Source: Dehalococcoidia bacterium (GTDB taxonomy: Bacteria; Chloroflexota; Dehalococcoidia; Lucifugimonadales; UBA3495). Taken from it: 64,000 nucleotides of DNA. Shown here one piece after another: positions 27,672-37,809 of the stretch. Both the position numbers and the translations under genes were made by a program. Where the stretch lies: positions 3,075,361 to 3,139,360 of the forward strand of contig OY761558.1 in assembly GCA_963664725.1 (NCBI GenBank), read 5' to 3'. Every line of letters starts with the position of its first letter. Position 1 is the stretch's first letter. The notes under the pieces were generated by a model. That model was not told where the DNA came from. It worked only from the letters and a program-made list of their open reading frames with translations, and made no database searches.

Positions 27672-27828
27672 CTTTTTCAGTGCCTTGCGGTAGATATTTG
27701 GAACATCCCCGGGAGCCGGGGGCCTTTGTCTGTTACGTCCCGCCGACGGGCAAAGGGAACAGGGGGCCGCCCCTGATAAACTCCATCACTCCCGCCTCCT
27801 CCACTCCATAAACCCAACAAATATATAG

Positions 27829-27857
27829 TTGACATATTATTTGGGGTGTGTTAACTT
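27829..27857 (+). promoter_or_regulatory. Promoter candidate upstream of dnaG
   Basis: TTGACA, 17-nt spacer, TAACTT with a TG one base upstream (extended -10 style). Confidence 0.35.
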
Positions 27858-28012
27858 TCTAATATAGGCGTATTGTGCCATTTTGTTAGAGTAAGAATGG
27901 GTAACCGTACGTTATTCCTCGGGTAACAGGAGAAGGGCCCGCACGGATAGCTTTGTGGTTCCTGGCGCCTGATCTGCTTATTGGATTCGCTTCCCTGCCC
28001 GCGATTTAGCCT

Positions 28013-29920
28013 ATGGCCGTTTTAGATGACATAAGAGCTCGCCTGGATATTACGGAAGTGGTTTCCGGCTATGTATCTCTGCAACGTTCTGGGCGGGCTT
28101 TCAAGGCTTGCTGCCCGTTTCACCAGGAGCGGACACCATCCTTCTACGTAAACCCGGAGCGGCAGTCCTGGCACTGTTTCGGCGCATGCGCCACAGGGGG
28201 CGATATTTTCGGCTTCATTATGAAGGCCGAAAACCTGGAATTCAAAGAGGCGCTGCAGCGGTTGGCACAGCAGGCGGGCGTAACCCTGCCCACCCGGGAA
28301 CGCCAGTCGGAACAGGATGACTTGTACCGCCTCAATGAGGCTGCTCGGGAATATTTCCAGCAATACCTGGCATCTTCCATTGGAGCCGGAGCGCGGGCTT
28401 ACCTGGAAGGTCGCGGGGTCAGCAGGGAGAGTGTTAGCAAGTTTGAACTTGGCCTCAGTCCGGTTGACGGACAGGGACTTTTTACCTATCTAATGAAGGC
28501 GGGCTTTGCGCCTGAGCAGATGGTCCGCGCCGGGGCGGTGTACCAACACCAGGACGGTGGACACAGGGATGCCTTTCGGGGCAGGCTGATTATTCCCATA
28601 CGTAACGGCCAGGGAGAATTGGGCGGGTTCGGCAGTCGGGCGCTGGACGATTCCATGCCCAAGTACCTGAATACGGGGCGCACACCGGTCTTTGACAAGG
28701 GCCGCACGCTTTACGCCCTCCACCTGGCGCGCGAGTCGGCTCGGAAGCAGGGTATGGTAATCGTGGAAGGCTATATGGACGCTATCTCGGCCCATCAGCA
28801 CGGGTACGAGAACGTAGTGGCCTCCATGGGGACAGCCCTTACCGATCACCAGGTGGCTGAAGTGCTCCGGATAACACGGCAGGTTACCCTGGCTCTGGAC
28901 TCCGATGCGGCGGGCCAGCAGGCTACCTTGCGTAGCCTGGAGTCCTCGTGGCAGGTGTTCCAGAATCGCCAGGTCTGGCAGGCAGGTGGTTCCACTTCGC
29001 CCCAGCGGCGTGAAGATTTGAACCTGCGGGTGGCGGTGCTGACTGACGGAAAGGACCCGGACGAGGTTATTCGTCAGGCGCCGGATAAGTGGGAAGAGTT
29101 GGTCCGAAACGGGGTGCCGTTGTTTGATTATCTTTTGCCGGCCCTTTCGGGGCAGATAGATACGGCTACACCAGAGGGCAAGGTTCGAATGGTGGAACGG
29201 GTAAGCCCGTTCATATATGCAGTGCAGGAGCCAATCCTGCAGGACAGTTATTTGCGCAAGCTGGCCGACTTTCTGTCGGTGAGGGAAGAGAGCTTACGTG
29301 CTACGTTGAACCGGCCCAATATGGGGCAGCGACCTGCTGGAGCGGGCAACGGCGCCAGGAGCGTCGGTCAGGGTGGAGAGAGTCGGTCAGCCAACCGAAC
29401 CGGTGTTGACCGGTCGGCATTGCTGGCAGAGGAACGGGATCCGCTGGACGAGCATTGCCTGGCGTTGCTGCTGCGGTACCCGGAACTGGCAGGCGAATTG
29501 CCTGAGTGCGGGGGTCTGCCGCCGGAATATTTCAGACGTCCAGAGAACCGGGAAATTTATTTGCAGATGACCTCTGCGTGGAGCCAGGCCCCGGAAATGC
29601 TGATTCCGGAAGATAATATGGCGGAACAGACCAGGCGTATTCTGACGCCCGAACTGTGGGACCAGCTGGACAGATTGGCATCTGTGAAATTGCCGCCTAT
29701 GGAACCGTGGGAGCGTCTGGAGGTTCTGCAGCAGATTCTAGGTCGCCTGGAAGAGCGGCAACTGAGAGAATTGAAACTGGCCGAGCAGGTACGTTTTTCC
29801 GATGACCCGTCGTCAATACCCGAAGAAGCGTCTGAAGAAACCCTAACCCTGAACAGGAAGATCAAGGCCAACGAGGAATCGAGAAAGCAATACTCCCAAA
29901 AAGTATCGCGTGGAAGGTGA
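28013..29920 (+). CDS. dnaG: DNA primase
   Basis: Zinc-binding domain [26 protein letters not shown], a Toprim domain ([11 protein letters not shown]) and a C-terminal helicase-interaction region. Confidence 0.95.
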   Translation: [635 protein letters not shown]

Positions 29921-29926
29921 CAGTAT

Positions 29927-31675
29927 ATGGTAAGACGCAACAAGACCAGCCAGGACATCGGCGCTGAAGAGGACCTGTACGACATCAACGACGAACCGTC
30001 GAGTAACGACAAGTACCTGGGCATTCTGGGCGCAGTGGCCAAGGAGGAAGATGACCTGGCAGAGGGAGGCGGAATGGCGGTAGCCACCATTCCCCTGGTG
30101 GTTGAATCCCCCGACGACCCCGACGACCAGGATGACCAATGGGTGCCGGGGCGGACTGCCGCCATCAGCCCTTCGGGCAGCCTGGATGAAGGCCCCGCCG
30201 ACACTGAAATAGAGGAAGAGGAAGAGGGCGAAGAACCAGATTGGGAGGCGGAAGCCGAAAGCCTGCAGGTGCTTGACGACCCGGTCCGGATGTACTTGCG
30301 AGAGATTGGTCGAGTCGGATTGCTGGCCGCCAAGGACGAACGGGAACTGGCGCGAAAGCTGGAGGGAGAGAAACACCTCCTGGCCCTGGGCAAAGAAGTT
30401 CTGGGCGAGGAGTACTGCCAGACGCTGGAACGGGAAGTCCTGGAAGAACGGCGTGGACCGGAGTACGGTTTCAAGGGGGAAAAGGTGGACCTGGGCCCTC
30501 TACGCAGTCCGGACCTGCTGAGCAAGAAAATACGGCTGGAGTTCAACGAAAGCGCCCGCAACTGGGAGCTTACTGAGGCCCTGCTGCGCCGCCTGGTGCG
30601 GGCCACCGCGCTGGTGGACGCATTGAGCGATTACCTTGAGTTGCCACGCAATCCAACCCTGTCCCAGTTGATTAATGAACCCGTTCTGGCGGACGCCATC
30701 GACGCCCAGGTGTCGGAGGAGATGCTGGTCAGCCTGGCGGAAACCCTGGAAATGGAACGGGACGATGTGTACCGACAGGTGGTGAACCTGTCCCTCGACC
30801 GCTGGATTCTCGCGCCGGATACGGTGGACGTGTTGCGGGACTGCACTTTGCTGCAACTGGACGCCACTTTCAGTGAGGTTGGGTCTATTCCGGAACTGGC
30901 AAGGTATGAACCCCTGTTCCGCAACAGATACAACCACATCAAGGCCGACGGCGACCGGGCCCAGGCCCATCTTACGGAGGCCAATCTCCGGTTGGTGGTC
31001 AGCGTGGCCAAGAAGTACATCGGCCGGGGCATGGCCCTGCTGGACATGATCCAGGAAGGGAACATTGGTCTGATCCGGGCGGTGGAAAAGTTTGACTATC
31101 GCAAGGGTTACAAGTTCAGCACCTACGCCACTTGGTGGATCCGCCAGGCCATTACCCGGGCCATTGCCGACCAGGCCCGCACCATCCGGATTCCGGTTCA
31201 CATGGTGGAAACTATCAACAAGCTGATGCGCCAGCACCGGCGACTGCTCCAGGAGTATGGCCGGGAACCTACACCCGAGGAAATCGGCGCGGCAATGGAA
31301 ATCGGGCCGGAAAAGGTTGAGGAGATCATGAAGATCTCTCAGGAACCGGTTTCACTTGAAACTCCCATTGGTGAGGAGGAAGACTCGCACCTGGGCGACT
31401 TCATTGAGGACCGTACCGCCCCCGCCCCCGCCGATGCCGCGTCCTTCCAGTTGCTAAAGGAGCAAGTGTCGGAAGTATTGGGCACCCTGACAGACCGGGA
31501 GAGCAGGGTGCTGCAACTGCGATTTGGCCTGGAAGACGGGCGCAGCCGTACCCTGGAGGAAGTGGGGAGAGAATTCGGGGTTACCAGGGAGCGAATCCGG
31601 CAGATTGAGGCCAAGGCCTTGCGGAAGTTGCGTCACCCCTCGCGCTCTCGGAAACTGAAAGACTTCCTCGAATAA
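29927..31675 (+). CDS. rpoD: Primary RNA polymerase sigma factor (sigma-70/SigA) with an acidic N-terminal extension
   Basis: Region 2 ([49 protein letters not shown]) and region 4 ([30 protein letters not shown]). Confidence 0.95.
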   Translation: MVRRNKTSQDIGAEEDLYDINDEPSSNDKYLGILGAVAKEEDDLAEGGGMAVATIPLVVESPDDPDDQDDQWVPGRTAAISPSGSLDEGPADTEIEEEEEGEEPDWEAEAESLQVLDDPVRMYLREIGRVGLLAAKDERELARKLEGEKHLLALGKEVLGEEYCQTLEREVLEERRGPEYGFKGEKVDLGPLRSPDLLSKKIRLEFNESARNWELTEALLRRLVRATALVDALSDYLELPRNPTLSQLINEPVLADAIDAQVSEEMLVSLAETLEMERDDVYRQVVNLSLDRWILAPDTVDVLRDCTLLQLDATFSEVGSIPELARYEPLFRNRYNHIKADGDRAQAHLTEANLRLVVSVAKKYIGRGMALLDMIQEGNIGLIRAVEKFDYRKGYKFSTYATWWIRQAITRAIADQARTIRIPVHMVETINKLMRQHRRLLQEYGREPTPEEIGAAMEIGPEKVEEIMKISQEPVSLETPIGEEEDSHLGDFIEDRTAPAPADAASFQLLKEQVSEVLGTLTDRESRVLQLRFGLEDGRSRTLEEVGREFGVTRERIRQIEAKALRKLRHPSRSRKLKDFLE

Positions 31676-31708
31676 GTCGGCGGAGTTACAAATTGGCTTT
31701 AAGCCGGT

Positions 31709-31742
31709 AAGGAAGGGGGCAGCATGCTCCCTTCCTTTTTTC
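31709..31742 (+). terminator. Intrinsic terminator after rpoD
   Basis: GGAAGGGGGCAGCATGCTCCCTTCC hairpin followed by TTTTTT. Confidence 0.75.
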
Positions 31743-31871
31743 ATATCCAGTCCGCGCCAGGAACGAAATTGCCCGAATGACCAACGGCTTACAAGGGCCA
31801 AAATACACGATAACTGTCCGGCGTTTAACTTGTTTGCGTAAAAATTCGGGTGATATACTCGGCTCACTTTA

Positions 31872-32102
31872 ATGGTGGGGGGTGATGAAGTGGAAGATTA
31901 CAATCTACCCAAGTGTCTGAAATGCAGCGAGGGCCAACTGGTGCCCCTTTCCGACTATGGCGGGCAAGGAGCGGCGGTTCACTACAAGGCCTGGGTGTGC
32001 ATAAATCCTGTTTGCGGCTTTAACATCAAGATCCGGAACGGCGACATTTATCTGAATGAGCCGATAACCCCGGGTGGAATGAATACCTCGAGATCCCGCT
32101 AG
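31872..32102 (+). CDS. Small zinc-ribbon protein (76 aa)
   Basis: C-x2-C ... C-x4-C pattern (CLKCSEGQL...VCINPVCGF). An extended -10-like TGATATACT lies upstream. The start codon is uncertain. Confidence 0.4.
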   Translation: MVGGDEVEDYNLPKCLKCSEGQLVPLSDYGGQGAAVHYKAWVCINPVCGFNIKIRNGDIYLNEPITPGGMNTSRSR

Positions 32103-32262
32103 CAGGGCCATTATTCCCCTCTTCCGGCAGAATTTCCCCGAGTGTTCCCAGGGTGGAAGTGCGGCTAAGGGTTGGTGACAGGAAGCGGAAGGGGAAAGCA
32201 ACTCCGTTCTTTGTATTGCAATAGTTTTCTTCTTCAATAGTTTCTTTCTTTGAGGGGTATTT

Positions 32263-32607
32263 ATGGAAGCTGGTTACGACTACACGTTGCTGGGAGCTCG
32301 TCCACAGAGTAATGCCAGGTACCTGCCTGCCCTGTTTGTCGCGGTGCTGGCGGGCATACTACTGTTGTCCGGCCTGGCCTACTACGGGTTTGCGTCGGGT
32401 GCGGAGGCACGGCAGGCCGCGGTCGCCGAATCTGACGTAGGAGACGTCAAGGTTTCTGAAGGTTCCGGAGGCAGTACGGTCCCTGGGGTAAAGTTCACCC
32501 ACAGGGTAGCTCCCGCGACGGTAGAAGATATTGCGGGGCAGGAACTGTATCCTGCCGGTTTGTCTGAGCCCAGGCACTGGGTAAATCCGCTGGGATATGA
32601 ACAATAG
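32263..32607 (+). CDS. Hypothetical single-pass membrane protein
   Basis: One hydrophobic helix (LPALFVAVLAGILLLSGLAYYGF). No family was recognised. Confidence 0.35.
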   Translation: MEAGYDYTLLGARPQSNARYLPALFVAVLAGILLLSGLAYYGFASGAEARQAAVAESDVGDVKVSEGSGGSTVPGVKFTHRVAPATVEDIAGQELYPAGLSEPRHWVNPLGYEQ

Positions 32608-32659
32608 GGAGGACCCAACCACGGAAAAGATACCCTGTCGTCCAGTCGGCAGGGCAGAC

Positions 32660-32708
32660 AATAACAGGACGGGGCGGGAATCACTTCCCGCCCCGTTTCT
32701 GTTATTCC
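32660..32708. terminator. Bidirectional terminator hairpin between convergent genes
   Basis: AATAACAGGACGGGGCGGGAA-TCAC-TTCCCGCCCCGTTTCTGTTATT, a long GC-rich stem with U-rich flanks on both strands. Confidence 0.7.
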
Positions 32709-32746
32709 TCTTTGGGAACCGTGTCCGGAGGAACCGACCGTGCCAG

Positions 32747-33958
32747 CTATTGAGGGTTGGCGGACACACCTTCCCTCCGCCGGACACGAACCTTCTGTAT
32801 TCGGCGGCCCAGAACCGAAACAATCTCAATAGTCAGGAAGTCGGTCTCTACCAGGTCCCCCAAGCGAGGCATACGGCCGAGGCTCATGTAGACGTACCCG
32901 CCAATGGTATCTACGTCTGGATTGTCCAGCTTGACGTCAAACATTTCTTCAATTACGTCGTTGGTGACGCTGGCATTGACCATGGCGCTTCCGTCCTCTT
33001 CCAGGACAACCTCTTCCTCCTCGGCCCAGGAAAACTCATCCTCTATTTCTCCGACGATCTCCTCCAGCAGGTCTTCCAGTGTGATTATTCCCTCAGTACC
33101 GCCGAATTCGTCCACGACTACGGCCATCTGCACGGCCTTCTGTTGAAACTCCCCTAACAGATCGTCGAGTCGCTTGGTCTCGGGGATAAAGTACGCCGGT
33201 CTCGCCAGGTCTTTGAGAGAAGCCTGGGTCCAGTCGTCCCTCGCCAGAAGCTGTAGGAGGTCCAGGGAGTGGATGATGCCAACGATGTGGTCAATATTTT
33301 CTTCGAAAATTGGTATACGGGTGTGCCCGCTTCTGATGATGGGTTCAATGGCCTGGGGAATTGGGGTGCTGATTTCGAGAGCCACCACGTCCAGCCTGGG
33401 AACCATGATTTCGTGGGCGGTGGAGTTGTCCAGTTGGATAATTGATCGAAGCATTTCCCGGTCGTGCCGGTCCATGCTTACAAGTTCTTCCTCGGTTATG
33501 TCCAAGGTGGTTGATTCGGCTGCTCCCGCCCCGTCCGGTCGGGCGCTTCCATTTCCTGCTCCCGGCCCGCCGCTGGTCGAACGACTCTGGCTGCGGCGAA
33601 GGAGCGCCAGTAGAGGATCCGACAAACGGGTCACCAATCCCTGGTGACGGACCGCAATGCTGGAAGCTAGGCGGTGGATGACAGTGAAAACCAACAGAGA
33701 GACCAGGAATACAATGGCGGCATCCAGCCATACCTGATCGAGGAAGAGCCGGATAATGGAAAAGCCTGACAGGACGGTGGCTACGATACAGGCATACTTG
33801 AAAGGGGAGATCACGAACCAAGCCCGCTGACTAGACGACCTGTCACGCAGGATGGCACCGCCGCCGCTTCCCGTGTGCTCGGCGAGACTCAGGAGAGTAA
33901 AAAGGAAGAGGGAGCCAACCAGAATTATTAATAATGGAGGTAAACTATCAGTATCCAA
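32747..33958 (-). CDS. CNNM/CorC-HlyC family protein (DUF21 membrane domain, CBS pair and CorC_HlyC domain)
   Basis: CBS pair (AHEIMVPRLDVVAL...) and C-terminal transporter-associated domain (GYVYMSLGRMPRLGDLVETDFLTIEIVSVLGRRIQKVRV). The longest ORF (to 34132) would overlap the glmU 3' end, so I propose TTG 33958 as the start; this is uncertain. Confidence 0.8.
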   Translation of the reverse strand: MDTDSLPPLLIILVGSLFLFTLLSLAEHTGSGGGAILRDRSSSQRAWFVISPFKYACIVATVLSGFSIIRLFLDQVWLDAAIVFLVSLLVFTVIHRLASSIAVRHQGLVTRLSDPLLALLRRSQSRSTSGGPGAGNGSARPDGAGAAESTTLDITEEELVSMDRHDREMLRSIIQLDNSTAHEIMVPRLDVVALEISTPIPQAIEPIIRSGHTRIPIFEENIDHIVGIIHSLDLLQLLARDDWTQASLKDLARPAYFIPETKRLDDLLGEFQQKAVQMAVVVDEFGGTEGIITLEDLLEEIVGEIEDEFSWAEEEEVVLEEDGSAMVNASVTNDVIEEMFDVKLDNPDVDTIGGYVYMSLGRMPRLGDLVETDFLTIEIVSVLGRRIQKVRVRRREGVSANPQ

Positions 33959-33965
33959 TATTTCT

Positions 33966-35339
33966 TCAGTTGGACGGTCTCGTCTCTTTTTGTGATGAAT
34001 TTTCCCTAATTCTAGCAGGAACTCCAACGGCCAGCAAATTTCCGGGAATGTCCCTGGTAACCACCGCCCCAGCTCCGGTGGCAGCGCCTTCCCCAACGGA
34101 TACCGGAGCCACCAGCATGGTGTCGCAGCCAATGAAGGCTCCCTCGCCGATGGCAGTGTGGTGTTTGTCCCTGCCGTCGAAATTACAGGTCACGGTACCG
34201 GCGCCAATATTGGTTCCTGCGCCTACACTGGCGTCTCCCAGATAGCTAAAATGGCCAGCGAGGACTCCTCTTCCCAGGTGACTTGCCTTGATCTCCACGT
34301 AATTGCCGATGTGAACTCCAGTTTCCAGGTAAGCCCCGGGTCGCAGGTGGCTAAAGGGACCCACGTCTACGCCCGCTTCCAGGGAGGCTTCCTCCAGCAC
34401 CGACGAAGTAATCCGGCACCCGTCGCCTATTTGGGAGTCTTGGATGTTCGAGTTGGGACCGATGTCGCAATCTTCGCCGATCACGGTCTTACCTGACAGG
34501 CTGGTGTTGGGGCGGATTATGGTATCCCTCCCGATGACTACGTCTGCATCAATGAAAACCGATGCCGGATCCTGAATGGTAACGCCCGACCGCATAAGGC
34601 GCTCAGTGATTTGCCACCGCATAATGGCCTCTACCTGTGCCAACTGGACGCGGTCGTTCACGCCAAAGATTTCCTCCGGCATTTCGCTGGCTACTGAGCT
34701 AATTCGGTCTCCCCGCCGGGAGGCAAGGGCGACCAGGGAGGTAAGGTACTTTTCCCCGCTGGGTGAAGGTTCAATCTCGGCAAGTTTTTCCTGGAGCCAG
34801 CCCCGGTCAAAGCAGTAGACCCCCGCGTTAATTTCTGCGGGCGCCCAGACATCCCCCTCCCAGTCTCGCGCTTCGACCAGGTCAACAATTCCGTCGCTGT
34901 CATCTCGGACGACGCGCCCCAGGTCTTCCGCAAGCATGTCTGGCGCCGTCAGCATGGTCATAACATTGCGGTCGGATTGGTGACAGTTGACTAGCTGGAA
35001 GATCGAGTCCGACCGAATGAGGGGCGAGTCGCTGCCAAGGACGACAACGTGGCTTGCGGCTGAAGTCAGGGCGCTGATGGCCCACCCTACCGCGTCGCCG
35101 GTGCCCCTGGGTGCGGGCTGCACTACATAGTCCACAATGTCTCCCAGCGTTTCCCGCATCAGCGATTCGCAAGACGGAGAGACGACCACCACGATGCGCG
35201 TTATGCCCAGGGACTGGAGCAATTCGACCGGATAGCGGACCATTTCCTTGCCACAAACCTTGTGCAGGGGCTTGGGTATTTTCGACACCATGCGCCGCCC
35301 TTCACCGGCGGCCATGATTATTCCGGCCCAGTCTTCCAT
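33966..35339 (-). CDS. glmU: Bifunctional UDP-N-acetylglucosamine pyrophosphorylase / glucosamine-1-phosphate N-acetyltransferase
   Basis: N-terminal nucleotidyltransferase motif IIMAAGEGRRMVSKIPKPLH and a C-terminal left-handed beta-helix with hexapeptide repeats. Confidence 0.92.
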   Translation of the reverse strand: MEDWAGIIMAAGEGRRMVSKIPKPLHKVCGKEMVRYPVELLQSLGITRIVVVVSPSCESLMRETLGDIVDYVVQPAPRGTGDAVGWAISALTSAASHVVVLGSDSPLIRSDSIFQLVNCHQSDRNVMTMLTAPDMLAEDLGRVVRDDSDGIVDLVEARDWEGDVWAPAEINAGVYCFDRGWLQEKLAEIEPSPSGEKYLTSLVALASRRGDRISSVASEMPEEIFGVNDRVQLAQVEAIMRWQITERLMRSGVTIQDPASVFIDADVVIGRDTIIRPNTSLSGKTVIGEDCDIGPNSNIQDSQIGDGCRITSSVLEEASLEAGVDVGPFSHLRPGAYLETGVHIGNYVEIKASHLGRGVLAGHFSYLGDASVGAGTNIGAGTVTCNFDGRDKHHTAIGEGAFIGCDTMLVAPVSVGEGAATGAGAVVTRDIPGNLLAVGVPARIRENSSQKETRPSN

Positions 35340-35544
35340 AGTCTTACCTCAACTCTCCGTGCCAGTCGGGTGGGGAATCGCTCCTCCAGAAAGAAACGCG
35401 GTTGGGAACACGCGGAATCCACCAAACAATGCGTTTGACAACCCAAATTGCCGAGGCCAAAATGAGGCTGTTTCCCCCGGCAGACCATACTTGTGCGACT
35501 TGCCGTATTCTACACTATACCCTTTCCCGATGCAGGAGGACCCC

Positions 35545-35742
35545 ATGCCTGACCTGACGGACGAAGATATTCAGACCCTGGCCCGAGCGGCGGGCGTCAC
35601 CATACCACCGGAACTTGCAGCCGAGGTGGGTTTCAGCCTTAACGGGGTGCTGGAGGCCCTGGATAACATGGATATTCCCAGGCTGGATGAAATTGAACCC
35701 TTGCCTATAATTCGCCCATCTCCGCCAACCAGCGAGGCCTAG
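35545..35742 (+). CDS. AtzG-like/GatC-like small protein (DUF4089-like) preceding an amidase
   Basis: A 65-aa ORF after AGGAGGA. The pattern LARAAGVTIPPELAAEVGFSLNGVLEALDNMD...EIEPLPIIRP resembles small amidase-partner subunits. Confidence 0.5.
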   Translation: MPDLTDEDIQTLARAAGVTIPPELAAEVGFSLNGVLEALDNMDIPRLDEIEPLPIIRPSPPTSEA

Positions 35743-35756
35743 AGGAGGCTACGACC

Positions 35757-37172
35757 ATGGACAAGCAGGAAATCCCCTTCCTTTCCGCCACGGAGTTGGC
35801 TGGGCTGATCCGAGAGCGGGAAGTGTCCCCAGTGGAGGCCACAGAGGCTTACCTCGAACGCATTGCCGAGGTTGACGGGAAGCTTAATTCCTACATCACG
35901 GTTACCGGTGAAGCGGCTCTGGCTGAGGCCCGGCAAGCGGAAGCAGAGATAATCGCGGGAAATTACCACGGCCCAATGCACGGGATTCCGGTGGCTGTAA
36001 AGGATCAGCTAAACACTCGGGGCGTACGTACCACGGGCGGGTCATCCATCCTGGCCGACAACGTTCCGGGTGATGATGCCACGGCCATCGCCAGGCTGCG
36101 GGAGGCAGGTTCGGTGTTGCTGGGCAAGCTTAACATGAGCGAGTTTGCCAGCGGCGATGCTTTCCACCACCCCTACGGGCGCCCACGCAACCCCTGGGAT
36201 CTGGAGCGTAACCCCGGTACATCCAGCAGCGGTTCCGGCGCTGCCACGGCCGCCTTTCTGTGCGCCACTTCTCTGGGCGAGGACACGGGCGGTTCTATCA
36301 GAGGGCCAGCCACCTTCTGCGGCCTGGTCGGCATCCGACCCACCTGGGGGCGGGTGAGCAGGTATGGGATGCAGGCGGCGGCCTGGTCTATGGACACTGC
36401 CGGCCCCATTTCCCGGACTGTGTCCGACTGCGCCATGACTCTGGAGGCGATTGCCGGCTACGATCCGAGGGACCCATATACTGCGAACGTGCCAGTGCCA
36501 GCGTACCAGGCCAACCTGACACAGGACATTCGAGGCCTGAAGGTGGGGGTGGTCAGGGAGCGGGTCTATTCCGATACAGTGGACCCGGAAGTGGGGGAGG
36601 CCGTAATTCGAGCAATTGCCCGTCTCGGCGAACTGAGGGCGGACATTGAGGAAGTGTCACTACCATTGATGGTGCACTCGGCCGCCGTTTCCAGCCTGAT
36701 CATAATGGTGGACGCCGCATCCTTACACAAGGATGGTCTCGCCAGCCACCTGGACCAGTACGATTACAACAACCGCATCCGCCTGCTGGCGGGCAGCATC
36801 GTCCCAGCCCAGGCCTACCAGCGGGCGCTAAAGGCGCGTCAGGCCATAAGGCAGGAGATTCTGGATGCCCTGAACCAGGTGGATGTGCTGGTGATGCCCA
36901 CGTCGTCAATACCAGCCTCATTAATTCCTGACCACGCCGGTATTAGCAGCAAGCAGGAAGTGCTGGATGGTTACCGGGGGCGTCGCAGCTTTACCTCGCC
37001 TTTCAACCTGGCGAGTGTGCCGGCCCTTTCGGTGCCCTGCGGGTTCACGTCCAACAGCCTGCCCATTGGATTGCAAATGGCTGGCAGGCCCCTGGAGGAA
37101 CAGACGTTGTTCAACGCCGCCTACGCCTACGAACAGGCCAACGATTGGTACCAGAGGCATCCGGAGATCTGA
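35757..37172 (+). CDS. Amidase-signature family amidase (GatA/AtzE-like)
   Basis: GIPVAVKDQLNTRGVRTTGGS and the GTSSSGSGAATAA signature. Confidence 0.9.
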   Translation: MDKQEIPFLSATELAGLIREREVSPVEATEAYLERIAEVDGKLNSYITVTGEAALAEARQAEAEIIAGNYHGPMHGIPVAVKDQLNTRGVRTTGGSSILADNVPGDDATAIARLREAGSVLLGKLNMSEFASGDAFHHPYGRPRNPWDLERNPGTSSSGSGAATAAFLCATSLGEDTGGSIRGPATFCGLVGIRPTWGRVSRYGMQAAAWSMDTAGPISRTVSDCAMTLEAIAGYDPRDPYTANVPVPAYQANLTQDIRGLKVGVVRERVYSDTVDPEVGEAVIRAIARLGELRADIEEVSLPLMVHSAAVSSLIIMVDAASLHKDGLASHLDQYDYNNRIRLLAGSIVPAQAYQRALKARQAIRQEILDALNQVDVLVMPTSSIPASLIPDHAGISSKQEVLDGYRGRRSFTSPFNLASVPALSVPCGFTSNSLPIGLQMAGRPLEEQTLFNAAYAYEQANDWYQRHPEI

Positions 37173-37237
37173 GGGTTTGATAGCAAGAACTCTTCAAGCC
37201 GGAGCCACCGAATTAAATGATAGAGGAGGAACAACTA

Positions 37238-37603
37238 ATGAAACTCTTAAGGCTTTCCCGTATTGACCAGGTGCCCATCGCCACCGCCACTCCCATTGAA
37301 GGCTGGACCGGTGGCGAGGTAAGCCGCACTCGCCAGCCACTGCTGGGCGAAGGGGACAGCGAGTGGTTCAGCAGCAGCGTTGTCAACTTCGGCAAAGGCG
37401 CCACTACCGGCTGGCACACTCACAACACCGACCAGCTTCTGGTCGTTGTCCACGGCAACGGAATCGTGGCCAATGAGCATGAGACCCACCACATTTCTGT
37501 TGGTGATATCGTTCAGATTCTGCCTGGGGAAAACCATTGGCATGGCGCTACGGCAGATTCCATCATGGGCCACATTACTATCACAGGTGTAGTCAAAGAT
37601 TAA
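37238..37603 (+). CDS. Cupin domain protein
   Basis: GWHTHNTDQLLVVVHGNG...GDIVQILPGENHWHGA cupin motifs. GAGGAGGA RBS precedes ATG 37238. Confidence 0.75.
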   Translation: MKLLRLSRIDQVPIATATPIEGWTGGEVSRTRQPLLGEGDSEWFSSSVVNFGKGATTGWHTHNTDQLLVVVHGNGIVANEHETHHISVGDIVQILPGENHWHGATADSIMGHITITGVVKD

Positions 37604-37809
37604 TGCAGTGGGCACCGCTAGGGTGCAGGTGATGTTGTGCGTCGGGGAACCCAACTTTGTTCCACGGGCGCCCGCCAGGCCCCTTTCCCTCAGCGCAAGC
37701 GAGTTAACCAACGGGGGTTCTACACAGACCAGAACTCCCGTTTGCTTTCAATCAACGCCTTTGCTACACTCTCGCCAAAGCTCCCATCCTCTGCTCTGGA
37801 AGGTTGCTC

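Noticed and set aside
33959-34132. N-terminal 58-aa extension of the CorC-like ORF.
   Set aside because: It would overlap the 3' end of glmU by about 165 nt and has no membrane-domain character. An internal TTG start just downstream of the glmU stop is more plausible.
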